Source: an uncultured candidate division Zixibacteria bacterium (GTDB lineage Bacteria > Zixibacteria > MSB-5A5 > RBG-16-43-9). From it: DNA of 64,000 nt. Positions 11,454 to 22,368 of this stretch are shown here, one piece after another. Each line of letters begins with the position of its first letter. Positions within the stretch are counted from its first letter, which is position 1. The notes under the pieces are model-generated. The model saw only the letters and a list, made by a program, of their open reading frames with translations. It was not told the DNA's origin and ran no database searches. The stretch is taken from contig OY970208.1 in NCBI GenBank assembly GCA_963713865.1, positions 2,659,047 to 2,723,046 on the forward strand. The letters are read 5' to 3'. Both the position numbers and the translations under genes were made by a program.

Positions 11454-12422
11454 TCATCTTCCTCTTAACTGGTCAAGCAGAACTGCCAGAAGAATAACCA
11501 CCCCTAATACCACCATCTGCACGTAGGAGCCTACATTCAGCAAATTCAAACCATTTCTCAAAATCCCGATCAGCATTGCACCCAAAAACGTGCCGACGAT
11601 CGAACCTCTGCCGCCAAAAAGACTCGTGCCCCCGACCACCACTGCGGCAATGACGTCCATCTCATACATCAGTCCGGCATTCGGCTGTCCTGAGTTCATA
11701 CGGGAGGCTAAGAGCACTCCGCTGATGGCGGAAAGCACTCCACAGATCAGGTAGACTGACCACAGCACCCGATTTATGTTTATGCCTGCCAGTCGAGCAG
11801 CTTCTTTGTTTCCGCCCACCGCATATACGTAACGACCGAATTTTGTGTGCCTGAGCACCACGAAAGCACTCAGATAAATACAAAGCATGATAATGGTAGG
11901 AACGGGTATGCCGAATGCTCTACCGCTTCCTAAAAAGCTGAACTCCTCAGGCAGTCCCCAGATCGGTCTGCCCCCGGTGTATATATATGCTCCCCCTCTC
12001 AAAATAGTCATCAAAGCCAGGGTGACTATGAATGGAGTAATATTGAATCGGGTAACAAATAGCCCAGCTATAGACCCTGAGCATATTCCGATTAAAATTC
12101 CACCCAGAAGACAAAGTGGAAATGATAATGAGAATGGTATTCCCAATTTGAGTATGCTGGTTACTACCACCCCGCTGAAAGCAACCATTGCCCCAACCGA
12201 AAGGTCGATGCCCGCGGTAAGAATGACAAAGGTCATTCCCGCCGCTATGATTGCGGTGATAGAAGTCTGAAGTGTGACGTTCAGGATATTTTCCGCAGTA
12301 AAAAAATAAGGAGAAAAAACTGAAAAAAGAATCACTTCCAAAAGTAAAGCAGTTGAGATCCCTAGATCTCCAAATACTGTCTTGAGGCGTTTTTTTTCAG
12401 GCTTGATAGCAGTCCCGAACAT
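11454..12422 (-). CDS. rbsC: Sugar ABC transporter permease (RbsC-like)
   Basis: GIDLSVG, YAVGGNKEAARLAGI (EAA loop), AAVVVGGTSLFGGRG. Confidence 0.85.
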   Translation of the reverse strand: MFGTAIKPEKKRLKTVFGDLGISTALLLEVILFSVFSPYFFTAENILNVTLQTSITAIIAAGMTFVILTAGIDLSVGAMVAFSGVVVTSILKLGIPFSLSFPLCLLGGILIGICSGSIAGLFVTRFNITPFIVTLALMTILRGGAYIYTGGRPIWGLPEEFSFLGSGRAFGIPVPTIIMLCIYLSAFVVLRHTKFGRYVYAVGGNKEAARLAGININRVLWSVYLICGVLSAISGVLLASRMNSGQPNAGLMYEMDVIAAVVVGGTSLFGGRGSIVGTFLGAMLIGILRNGLNLLNVGSYVQMVVLGVVILLAVLLDQLRGR

Positions 12423-12425
12423 ATT

Positions 12426-13925
12426 CTACCCCGGCTTGGTGCCAGTTGCTAAGGTCATCATTTTTTCCTGGGTTGCTTCCTGACTCGAGAGTACTCCGGT
12501 TATACTCCCTTCCCACATCACCGCAAGGCGATGACAAATACCAAGAAGTTCAGGCAGATCAGAGGATATAACAATGATTCCAATCCCCTCTTTAGCCAGC
12601 TGGTTAATCAGGTTATAAATCTCAAGTTTTACCCCAACGTCGATCCCCGCAGTAGGCTCGTCGAAAATCAGAAGCTTCGATTTTGTGAAAAGCCAGCGGG
12701 CCAGAACGACTTTCTGTCTGTTACCTCCACTGAGATTTTCCACTTTCTGGTTGATTGAAGGTGTTCTAATTCGCAAAGTCTGTTTAAACTTTTCCGCAAC
12801 TGAGTTCTCCTTGGCCTGGTCGATAAAAAATCGACTTGCTACCTGGCTGAGATTTGAAAGGGAGATATTTTCCCTGACGTTCATCTGCATTATAAGCCCG
12901 TATTTGTTTCGATCCTCAGTGAGCAAGCCAATTCCTAGGTCAATCGCCTCACGAGGTGTACTAACCAAAATTTCTTTCCCTTCTAAAAAGATCCTCCCTT
13001 TTTCTTTTGGGTCTGCACCAAATATAAGCCTTGCCAGCTCGCTCCTGCCTGCACCCACCAAACCGGCCAATCCCAAGATTTCTCCCCGATATACCGTCAG
13101 GCTGACATCTTTTAAGATTCCCGAACTTAAGCCCTCTATTCTCAGGACTTCCTTTCCCTGGTCAGGTTCGATCCTGGGGAACTCCTGCTCTAATTCTCGC
13201 CCCACCATCCAGAGGATTAAGCTTCTGCGGTCAGTTTCAGACACCGGGCAACTATGTATGAACCTCCCGTCACGAAGTATTGTAAGGCGATCACCGATCT
13301 CGAAGACCTCTTCCAGGCGATGAGATATATAAATGATACCCACCCCTTCGGTTTTCAATTTACGGATCACCGCGAACAGCCCTTTCAGTTCGTTCTGGCT
13401 AAGGGATGTGGAGGGTTCATCCATGACTAAGATCTTGACCCGCCTGGATAATGCCCGGGCAATTTCGACAATCTGTCTCTGTGCCACACTCAAGGAGCTT
13501 ATCCTGGCTGTAGTTGGAATTTCCTCTTCCAGTTGAGCAAGTATTTTCTGGGCATCTCTGTGCATCTTCCTGTGATCAACTAATAATAACTTCCCCTTAG
13601 TCGGTTCGTTGCCCAGAAGAATATTCTCCGCTACAGAAAGCTCAGGCACAAGTTTGAATTCCTGATAAATCATGCTGATTCCATATTTCTGGGCATCAGC
13701 AGGTGAATTATACTCGATTTCTTCCCTTTCGATAAGAATTGAGCCCGCATCCTTTTTAACGGCACCGGACAATATCTTCATCAAGGTAGATTTGCCAGCA
13801 CCATTTTCTCCCAAAAGGCAATGAACCTCGCCCGCATAAAGCTCGAAATTCACATCTGCCAGCGCCACCACCCCGGGGTAGTGCTTGTAAATCCCTTTCA
13901 TCTGCAAGAGAGGCAGAGCGTTCAC
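12426..13925 (-). CDS. rbsA: Sugar ABC transporter ATP-binding protein with two ABC domains (RbsA-like)
   Basis: GENGAGKST, MDEPS, LSGGNRQK, FDEPTAGIDVG. Confidence 0.88.
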   Translation of the reverse strand: MNALPLLQMKGIYKHYPGVVALADVNFELYAGEVHCLLGENGAGKSTLMKILSGAVKKDAGSILIEREEIEYNSPADAQKYGISMIYQEFKLVPELSVAENILLGNEPTKGKLLLVDHRKMHRDAQKILAQLEEEIPTTARISSLSVAQRQIVEIARALSRRVKILVMDEPSTSLSQNELKGLFAVIRKLKTEGVGIIYISHRLEEVFEIGDRLTILRDGRFIHSCPVSETDRRSLILWMVGRELEQEFPRIEPDQGKEVLRIEGLSSGILKDVSLTVYRGEILGLAGLVGAGRSELARLIFGADPKEKGRIFLEGKEILVSTPREAIDLGIGLLTEDRNKYGLIMQMNVRENISLSNLSQVASRFFIDQAKENSVAEKFKQTLRIRTPSINQKVENLSGGNRQKVVLARWLFTKSKLLIFDEPTAGIDVGVKLEIYNLINQLAKEGIGIIVISSDLPELLGICHRLAVMWEGSITGVLSSQEATQEKMMTLATGTKPG

Positions 13926-14854
13926 TTATTGGTTTCCTTTTGCAGGGCTTCCCGGTCAACAATCCCTACTTCCACCGGAACGATTTTCGGCACCTGGATG
14001 CCGGAGAAGTAGTCTTTGATTTTATCTATGGTAATCTCACCTATTTTCTTGGGGTACTGGATCACGTCGGCTTTGAGTGGCGTTTCTTTCAAAATGGCAT
14101 CCACTGCAGGCGGTGTGGCATCATAACCCACGATTTTGACCTTGGACCGCTTGAACTGCTGGACCGCATCCAGCGCACCCAGCGCGCAGTCGTCATTGAT
14201 CGCAAAAATCCCTTCCAGGTCAGGATGAGCCTGAAGAATATCAGAGGTTACTTGCATGGCTCTATCCCTTACCCCTTCACCGTTCACCTCAGCCACAATT
14301 TTTAGACTGGGGTATTTCCCTATTGCTTCTTTAAACCCCCGGGTGCGATCAAGCACTGAAGTGACTGTTGGTTGTCCAATGATAGCTACATTCCCCTTGT
14401 CGTTCAAGGTCTTGGCAAGATATTCACCTGCTAATTTTCCTCCTGCAACATTGTCGGATGCAACATGACAGACCACTTCTCCCTCTTGCGAGGCGATATC
14501 CGCACTAAAAACCGGGATCTTAGCCTCATTTGCCTTCCGGATTGCAGGTCCTACTCCACGCGAATCCACCGGGCAGACGATGATCGCATCCACTTTCTGG
14601 GTTACGAAATCCTCGATCTGGGAGCTTTGCTTGCCTAAATCGAAATCACCGGCTGTGATAATCAACTTATAGTCATACTTTTTTGCCTCATTCTGCAACC
14701 CCTCTTCCAGGTCCTTATAGAAAACATGTGCTCGAGTCAAGAGAGTAACCCCTATGGTTTTCTGGAATTCTTTTTTCCTGACACACCCGGAAAATAGGAT
14801 GGTCAGAGCTAAGAATAATAAAACTAAGTTTTTCAGGATACTATTTTTTCTCAT
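13922..14854 (-). CDS. rbsB: Sugar ABC transporter substrate-binding lipoprotein (RbsB-like)
   Basis: Lipobox-like FSGC, VDAIIVCPVD, FAINDD, VGYD; RBS aaggag before ATG 14854. Confidence 0.8.
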   Translation of the reverse strand: MRKNSILKNLVLLFLALTILFSGCVRKKEFQKTIGVTLLTRAHVFYKDLEEGLQNEAKKYDYKLIITAGDFDLGKQSSQIEDFVTQKVDAIIVCPVDSRGVGPAIRKANEAKIPVFSADIASQEGEVVCHVASDNVAGGKLAGEYLAKTLNDKGNVAIIGQPTVTSVLDRTRGFKEAIGKYPSLKIVAEVNGEGVRDRAMQVTSDILQAHPDLEGIFAINDDCALGALDAVQQFKRSKVKIVGYDATPPAVDAILKETPLKADVIQYPKKIGEITIDKIKDYFSGIQVPKIVPVEVGIVDREALQKETNK

Positions 14855-15474
14855 TTTTCTTCTCCTTTCAAGACTTTTCATTTTTTATTTTGCCAGGAAA
14901 CTGAAAATTTGCTCTAAGAAAGTCGTTTTTTAATATATATTGAGCGATTCATAAGTCAACAGTTTTATCGAAGGAATTATACTTCACGAGAGCAGTCAGT
15001 GCATCTGACAGATTTTCAAGTTTTACTTGATTGCGGTTTATCTCTTTTCAGATACTGGGTATAAACTGAAATAAATTGATTGCCAATTATAAATATATTT
15101 TGAATAACCCTCTACAACTGACAACAACCAAGAAAAACTTTAAGATTTTAATAGCCTTTAATATCTTGTAAAAGTGGGCTATAGAACGGGAAAAAACTGA
15201 AACACATAAGTGGGAAATAACTTGAAAAAATCCGAGGACCTGCAAGGATGGAACTTGCCATCTTTTTTTTCGTAAGGCAAGGAACTTTAACAAAACCGTG
15301 ATAATATGCTACTCTATGAATTCGAATCTCCTGCCAAACGCCTGTTGGTATGAGTCCTTTTACCCGTTTCTGGTACACCAAAATGATCACAAGCGAACAA
15401 ACTCTAAAAAAATTTGAGAAAAATGAAAAAAGCTATTTCTGTTAATTCTCTCCCCGGTAGGCACTTATAAATAT

Positions 15475-15517
15475 TGGTAGCGCTACAGGGAGTCGAACCC
15501 CGGTTTGATGGCTGAGA
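15475..15517 (-). repeat. 3' copy of tRNA-Glu including CCA (att-like), no insert
   Basis: tggtagcgctacagggagtcgaaccccggtttgatggctgaga, near-identical to the tRNA-Glu 3' half. Confidence 0.9.
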
Positions 15518-15568
15518 GGCAAGTTTTTCAAAGGTTTTTCAAAAGGCATTTGAATTCCCTGGTTATGT

Positions 15569-16921
15569 TCATCCTCTCTCAAACAGAACCGTCACTAACA
15601 GAGCGAAAATCCAAATACCCAGAGCGGCTTCAATACCCACAAAAATCCTCGCCCAGCGAACAGGTTTATATTCAACTGACTCTAAACGGAAAAACTGTAG
15701 CCATTGTCTTGGTTGTAATGCTCCATAACCGAAGGTGACAAAGGAAAGAAGACTGAAGTAAAAACAATCAACAAACAGATATCCTTTACGGAAAGTCAAA
15801 ATCTCTTCTTTGTCGTTCCATGCACCTGTTTTAACAAAATAGATTCCAGATTTTGTCTTTGGGAATATGGTAAAGAGCACATAGATGACACTGAAAAGAA
15901 CGATAACAACGAGTGAATACCAGAAAAGCCAGGTCGGCCGTGAACCATATCCAAATGTTTCTCTTAAGAAGATATATCGTAAAAGACCCAAGAAATAATC
16001 CCAAGGGTCTTTGATAGTTCTCAAGTATCTCTTGGTCAGAACTTCGTTCTCCCTAAAATGGAACTCCTTAGCGACCTCATCCATATACTCCTTTTTGTAT
16101 AGATTTTTTAAATCCCGGTATGTGATCTCTGCATTAAAAAAATCTTCATCTGATTTTGTAGAGTCGGCATGTATTTCATCACCTGTAATATAACGACTCT
16201 TGAATCTATCTCCCCAATTGATATATCTTATATTCTTTGCTTCTCCTAAATTAACCATCCATAAATACGTGAAATCGAAGTATATGCCGAAGAGATTAGC
16301 ATTTAGTAAATTAGCTTCTCTTAAATTGGCACCTCGCAGTTCAGCACTTCTCATATCCACTTCTTGTAAAATGGTCTTGGAAAGATCTGCCCATTGCAGT
16401 TTAGTATTAAAGAGATCTGCACCCTTCAAATTGCACCCACTAAGGTCAGCACCCTGTAAATTAGCTGCGCTTAAGTTCGATCCTTGAAGATTGATATCGT
16501 TAAGTAATGCCCCTTGAAGTTTCAGTCCACTAAAGTTAATATATAACGAATCTTCCAAAAAACGAAGATCGATTCCTCGAAGGTCATCTCCACGATCATC
16601 TTGTGGGTGGATTATTGGATCAAGTTGAGGCACCCAGTTAGGTAGATAGTCTCCCTTTATAAGTCCCTCTATCACCAACTTTCTAGTTATCTCAGACCAT
16701 CTGTTTCTTAAGATATCCTTTTCTTTATCTGTATATTGCGACCATTCTCTTAGTTCCACAGGAGGCGAGTTACGTGAAGATACCCATCCACTCTCGGTAT
16801 TTATTCCAGCCTGAGTAACAGAAAGTACAGTAATAATACAACAGATGAAACAAAAGATCACAAAACAGAGGAATTTGAGAGATTTATACTTCACTGAAAC
16901 TTTATTTCTCACCTTTTCCAC
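15569..16921 (-). CDS. Pentapeptide-repeat protein with C-terminal two-TM ion-channel domain
   Basis: A(D/N)LxG repeats (GSNLSAANLQGADLSGCNLKGADL); YFSLLSFVTFGYG pore helix and filter. Confidence 0.85.
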   Translation of the reverse strand: MEKVRNKVSVKYKSLKFLCFVIFCFICCIITVLSVTQAGINTESGWVSSRNSPPVELREWSQYTDKEKDILRNRWSEITRKLVIEGLIKGDYLPNWVPQLDPIIHPQDDRGDDLRGIDLRFLEDSLYINFSGLKLQGALLNDINLQGSNLSAANLQGADLSGCNLKGADLFNTKLQWADLSKTILQEVDMRSAELRGANLREANLLNANLFGIYFDFTYLWMVNLGEAKNIRYINWGDRFKSRYITGDEIHADSTKSDEDFFNAEITYRDLKNLYKKEYMDEVAKEFHFRENEVLTKRYLRTIKDPWDYFLGLLRYIFLRETFGYGSRPTWLFWYSLVVIVLFSVIYVLFTIFPKTKSGIYFVKTGAWNDKEEILTFRKGYLFVDCFYFSLLSFVTFGYGALQPRQWLQFFRLESVEYKPVRWARIFVGIEAALGIWIFALLVTVLFERG

Positions 16922-17002
16922 CCCTTTTTAGCCACTTAATCAGAAGTCAGATAAGAAAGAGCAAAATCAATTTTGCTTTTAATTTCAATCAAAATAATCT
17001 CT

Positions 17003-17075
17003 TAGCGCTACGGGGAGTCGAACCCCGGTTTGATGGCTGAGAACCACCCGTCCTGGGCCACTAGACGATAGCGCC
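17003..17075 (-). tRNA. tRNA-Glu (CTC)
   Basis: GGCGCTATCGTCTAGTGGCCCAGGAC...GGTGG-TTCTCAG-CCATC...GGTTCGACTCC...TAGCGCTA cloverleaf; CCA not encoded. Confidence 0.95.
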
Positions 17076-17304
17076 ACGCGAGCAAGCTGGTTAGCTGGTT
17101 AATAGTTCATAGTGGATAGTTCATAGTTAAAACAAATTCCTCTATTCTACCATGAACTATGAACTAACCACCATTTACCAGTTTCCGGCCGCCACTAATA
17201 TAATATCGGCTTGAAATTAGGCAAGAGAAAAATCAAGTCTTGCAGGGGACGCCTGGTTAGACGACGTCAGAACCCAATTTATTCAACTACTTACCGATAA
17301 GAAA

Positions 17305-18051
17305 TCAAATCTGGATCCTGGAAAAAAGGTAGCTGCCCAGCATCAATATCAGGGCGGTTATAATACTCAAAACAAAAAAATCGGTAAGCAGGCCAAAGTG
17401 AGAAACATTTACCAGTGTACCCCGCAGACCATCGACACCATATGAAAGGGGATCAACGCTTGCAACCAGGTGTAATGCTTTTGGCAACCCCTGCAGGGGA
17501 AATAAGGCTCCGGAAAGAAAAAAGAGCGGCATTACCAAGAAGTTCATGATGAACTGGAACCCCTGCATATCTTCTAAAACCGAAGCAATGGCTGTTCCAA
17601 AAGCTGTGAAAAGCAAGGCGATAAGAAATACAAAGGCAAAAGTAACTGGTAGAAAACTTATACTCTGGGGTCTAAAACCTACCAAAAAAGAAAGAATAAG
17701 CGTTATCAGACCCTGAAATGAAGCTACGGTTGCCCCTCCCAGAGTTCTGCCAATCATAATGTATAAACGAGAGGTAGGAGCAACCAGCGTTTCTTTTAAG
17801 AACCCGAATTGCCTGTCCCAGATGATTTCTATCCCGGAAAAAACCGCAGAGAAAAGGACCCCCATGGCAATAATACCAGGCGCCAGAAATTGAATATAAC
17901 TACCTTCGCCCGCTTTTTTGTAAATAGGATTTAAACCAAAACCCAATGCCACCAGAAAAAGAATTGGCTGGCCAAGAGAGCCTACGATCCTCGCTCTCGA
18001 ACGGGAGTATCTTTTTAATTGTCGCAACCAGAGAATATAAATCGTGCTCAT
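17305..18051 (-). CDS. ABC-2 type exporter permease (DrrB-like)
   Basis: DRQFGFLKETLVAP, FLSGALFP, DPLSYGVDGLR. Confidence 0.9.
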   Translation of the reverse strand: MSTIYILWLRQLKRYSRSRARIVGSLGQPILFLVALGFGLNPIYKKAGEGSYIQFLAPGIIAMGVLFSAVFSGIEIIWDRQFGFLKETLVAPTSRLYIMIGRTLGGATVASFQGLITLILSFLVGFRPQSISFLPVTFAFVFLIALLFTAFGTAIASVLEDMQGFQFIMNFLVMPLFFLSGALFPLQGLPKALHLVASVDPLSYGVDGLRGTLVNVSHFGLLTDFFVLSIITALILMLGSYLFSRIQI

Positions 18052-18066
18052 GATTTTTATTTCGTC

Positions 18067-18852
18067 TTATCTCCGAAATATTCTTCTTCTCATTCTCATG
18101 CGATCAATAACATTAGCTTCTTCTTCCCGGATAACCGTACCGGTCAAAGCTAAAAACGCATCTTCTAAAGAAGTAGTCTTCGTGTTTTGCTTCAGCTCTT
18201 CTGGTGTTCCTTTGGCAATAATTTTCCCGTGATCGATAATGGCGATTTTTTGAGCGACCCTTTCTGCTTCTTCCATGTAATGCGTAGTAAAAAAAACTGT
18301 CATCTGCTCCCCGGAGTTTAGATTTTTGATATAGTTCCAAATATGGCTTCTGGTTTGAGGATCTAAACCCAAAGTTGGCTCGTCTAAAAATAGTATTTTC
18401 GGATGATGGATCAACCCCCTGGCAACCTCAAGCCGTCGCTTCATTCCTCCTGAGTACTTTTTTACAAGCTCGTCTTTTCTATCCCAGAGTTCAACAAATT
18501 TTAGCAAGTGTTCTATTCTTTTTCTGCGAATTTCCTTCGGCACTTTATAAAGCACGCCGTGAAATTCCATATTTTCATAGGCGGTAAGCTCATCATCTAA
18601 ACTCGGGTCTTGAAATACAATACCGAAAGAGCAGCGAGCTGCATTTTGCTCTTTGGAAGGATCGCTTCCATTTAAAGAAATTTTTCCGCTGGTGGGACGC
18701 AAAAGTGTAGCTAGTATTTTTATGGTGGTAGTTTTTCCTGCACCATTCGGCCCAAGAAATGCAAATATCTCCCCCTTACCAACAGAAAAAGAGATATTGT
18801 CAACCGCAGTAAAACCATCAAATTTTTTTGTCAAATTTAGAACGTCAATCAT
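18067..18852 (-). CDS. ABC exporter ATP-binding protein (DrrA-like)
   Basis: GPNGAGKTT, YSGGMKRRL, LDEPTLGLDP, TTHYMEEA. Confidence 0.92.
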   Translation of the reverse strand: MIDVLNLTKKFDGFTAVDNISFSVGKGEIFAFLGPNGAGKTTTIKILATLLRPTSGKISLNGSDPSKEQNAARCSFGIVFQDPSLDDELTAYENMEFHGVLYKVPKEIRRKRIEHLLKFVELWDRKDELVKKYSGGMKRRLEVARGLIHHPKILFLDEPTLGLDPQTRSHIWNYIKNLNSGEQMTVFFTTHYMEEAERVAQKIAIIDHGKIIAKGTPEELKQNTKTTSLEDAFLALTGTVIREEEANVIDRMRMRRRIFRR

Positions 18853-19303
18853 AATATTATCTTATCATACCCCCCATTAACGATTTTTGTTGGCTCTTCT
18901 GCTAAAGATCAAACCAGAACCGGAGGTAGTGGACGATTTTAGAGCTTTTCTGATTCACAATCCCCAGTTTATTGACACTAATATAGCATCTGTTAGAGAT
19001 CAGGCAAGAGAAAAATCAATCTTTCCAAGGGAGTGATGCTACAATCTTACGTCCTTTTCAATGGTTTTATTACTATGATAAGCTAAACACTCCCTGGCAG
19101 GATGGTTTCAAGCGTTATTTTACTGGTCAAACGACATAGGAATAATTCTACATGCCCCAAAACACCTGAGATTTATACAAAAAATGAAACATTTCCATCA
19201 AATAACTGTATATTTTAAAAGACCGAGTTGAGGATATTGAAACATTAGAGTACTTTTCAAATGTTCACTAAAACATCTACCTTTAAGCTGAGAGAACTAT
19301 AGT

Positions 19304-21730
19304 ATGAAAAATCGAAAAAGGTTTCTTGGTTTATTCTTCCTGCTCCTTCTTTTTATCACCACGGACCTGCTGGCCGATGCACCTGAGGAGGACAGAGTAA
19401 AAAGCATCGCCGCTTTCAGGTTAAATGATGGAGTTAAGATAGATGGGGTATTAGATGAGGACTGCTGGAGCAAAGCGGAAAAATCAGGCGGTTTTGTTCA
19501 GGCAGACCCTCACGACGGTGAGCCTGCCACTGAATCGACCTACGTGCAGGTTTGCTATGATAACGATGCACTTTACGCTGCGGTTACCTGTATGGAGAAC
19601 GAGCCTGAGAAGATAATAAAAATCCTGACCCGCAGAGACCGGTTCAGCGAAAGCGATGCGGTTAATCTCGGTATTGATTCTTACCACGACCACCAGACCG
19701 GTTATATGTTCAAAACCTATGCTTCCGGCACTCAATGCGATCTATATTATTATAGTGATGGCGCAGAGGACGATTCCTGGGATGCGGTTTGGGAGTCCGC
19801 GGTCAAGATTGGAAAAGACCACTGGACCGTTGAATATAAGATCCCTTTTTCCTGTTTGAGATTTCCCAAAAGTGACAGCTACACCTGGGGATTCTACGTT
19901 TCCCGGAATTTGTGCCATAATCAGGAAACCGCCCGCTGGGTGAGGATTCCTTCAAATCAAGCCGGATACGTGTCCAGATGGGGACATCTGACCGGGATCA
20001 AAGATATCGACCCTCCGGTGCATTTAGAGATTTTACCCTACGTAGTCTCCACGGAAAAAACCGAGCCTGAAAGATTGGGAAATCCTGATGGCAGAGAGCT
20101 TTTCGGAAATGTCGGGGTCGATATAAAATACGGCTTAACCTCGAATCTGACTCTGGATGCCACAGTTAACCCTGATTTTGGACAGGTGGAAATAGATGAG
20201 ATCGTGTTAAACCTCTCCAATTACGAGACTTTTTATCCGGAGAAAAGACCATTTTTCTTAGAGGGAAGCAAGATTTTCGAGCCGATCCAGAACCGACCTG
20301 TGTCAGCTTTTTTATTCGAGAAGAATCGGCAAAGACCCTGGATATGCGGATTCAGCCGAATACTATTTTCACCGTCCTACCTCCACCACGATTTTAGCCG
20401 CGGCAAAAATCACCGGCAAGACAAAAGGAGGGACGACTATCGGATTCCTCAACGCGGTCACTGACCGGGAAAATGCGGACTTCTGGCATGTAGACGGGTT
20501 CCGCACCAAAAGAGTAATCGAGCCAGAAGCAAATTATAACGTCATCAGACTCAGCCAGGACATCTTTAATAATTCATCCATCGGAATAATGAGCACTGCT
20601 GTCAACCAAAAAGGAAAAATCCCCTCGTATACCGGCGGGGTAGACTGGAACTTGCGTTTCCTAAAGCAAAACTATTCTTTTATAGGTCAGACCTACGGGA
20701 GCTCTAACGGAGAAAAGGAAAAAGGTCTGGGGTATTTGACCGCTCTGGGAAAAGATGGGGGGAAACACTGGAGGGGGAATATTGTCTGGTTTTATCTGGA
20801 CAAGAAAATCAATACCAATAGTCTGGGATATATGAAAAGGAACGATCTGCAGGGTGGCAGTGTGTGGATTCAATATAAGACCCAGAAAGAAGCCTGGATA
20901 ATAAGAAACTCCTGGAATAATTTCAACTTATCCTATGACTGCAACTTGAATCATGACCGTTCTGGATTGGGGTTTTAATTTTAACAGCTCAGTCGAGCTA
21001 ACCAATGGCTGGAATGTGGGAGGGGGGTTCTACAGTGATCTGGGCGTGACTTATACAGACTGGGAAGTTCCTTCCCAGCTTTTAAAAATCCCGATCGGAC
21101 GAAGCGGCTGGTTCAATTTATACACGGATGAAAGAAAAAAAGTCTCCGGAGGAATTGATTACAACCTGGGAAATTACTGGGATGGGCTTTCCGAGACTGT
21201 TGATCTCTGGGTTACCTTAAAACCCCGCTCCAATTTTGAGGTTACCCTGGAGCCAAATTGGAATCATATGTGGGACATAAGCCGGTTCGTCGGATATGCC
21301 CGGGATGCTTCTGATTCCTCCTCCCTTAATATCTTTGGGAAACAGAGAGTCAATCGAGCTGGTTTGGATCTGAGAGGAACTTATACTTTTACCAGGAATC
21401 TTACTATCCAGCTTTACACCCAATTCTTTCTCGCCACCGGAGAATACGATAACCTCGAGAGATTTTACCCAGTAGACAGGTTCTCTCCTTTGGGAAATAT
21501 TATTAATTTCTCCCCTTTCCGTGGAGATTTCAATCGAAGGGAATTTGCTTCCAACTTTATTCTGAGATGGGAGTATCGACCCGGCAGCACCTTGTATCTG
21601 GTTCTGGACCCAGGGAAGATATAATTATGACCCCGGTGATTTTAACCTGAGAAAGGGTTTCTCGCATTTGTTTGACACGATATCAGACAATATCTTTTTA
21701 ATCAAAGCCAATTACTGGTGGAACCTCTAA
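19304..21730 (+). CDS. DUF5916 / CBM9-like outer-membrane protein, split by several frameshifts
   Basis: Signal peptide, IDGVLDE, DDSWDAVW, TVNPDFGQVE, FYPEKRPFFLEG, RWEYRPGSTLYLV, terminal IKANYWWNL-stop at 21730; ORF pieces 19304, 20589, 20953. Confidence 0.8.
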
Positions 21731-21804
21731 CAAAACAAAGCAGGTCAGGAACCACAAGCTCCTGACCTACCGCTAATCACTCAATCACTCAATCACTAAA
21801 AAAG

Positions 21805-21875
21805 CTGGGGGACAGGGATTCGAACCCCGGTTTTGTGGTCCAGAGCCACACGTCCTGCCTCTGGACGATCCCCCA
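21805..21875 (-). tRNA. tRNA-Gln (CTG)
   Basis: TGGGGGATCGTCCAGAGGCAGGAC-GTGTGG-CTCTGGA-CCACA...GGTTCGAATCCCTGTCCCCCAG. Confidence 0.95.
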
Positions 21876-21977
21876 GTGAATTAATATACGCTCCCTGCCG
21901 ATATTATATATGGCTATAAAGAGCTTTTTAAAAATAAAACTTGAAATCCTTTTGTCAAGCACAATCTGTGAGGTATT

Positions 21978-22368
21978 ATGGAAGACTTAAAAAATATCCT
22001 GGTAGTAGATAATCACCAGAACATCCTGGAGCTTATCAGCAATCTTCTGCAGATGTTTAAATATCAGACCTTCTGTGCTCTGGATACCCAGAACCGCCCT
22101 GAAGCTCTTAGACGAGAAAAGGGTCGATTGCATAATCACTGACGTGGAGATGCCCAAGCCCGGCGGGTTTGACTTGTTGAACGAGGTCAAGAGTAAATAT
22201 CCAGAACTCCCGGTCATAATGATCTCCTCCTATGCCAATCCCAAGATGGAAAAGCAGGCAGAGGAAAGCGGAGCTTCCGGCTTTACCGCTAAGCCTTTCA
22301 AGATAGAAACCCTGCAGAAGATGATAGAGAAGGCTCTGGAAAAAAAGGAAAAGGTCAAGGTCTGTTAA
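21978..22368 (+). CDS. Single-domain response regulator, frameshift near 22090
   Basis: ATG 21978 gives MEDLKNILVVDN...; second frame gives CIITDVEMP, PVIMIS, AKPF. Confidence 0.8.

Noticed and set aside
12685-13323. 212-aa plus-strand ORF and other long antisense ORFs (24525-25061, 50270-50821, 60176-60757)
   Set aside because: Shadow frames of well-supported genes with no recognisable motifs
15087-15420. Possible integrase remnant next to the tRNA-Glu copy, also 5040-5200
   Set aside because: Could not recover catalytic R-H-R-H-Y motifs by manual translation; only the arm-like repeats are supportable
17085-17178. Heptamer repeats (tagttca / tgaacta) and similar 7-8-mers at 21775, 47719 and 51040-51172 considered as CRISPR
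   Set aside because: Units are too short, have no unique spacers and no cas genes; they are simple intergenic tandem repeats
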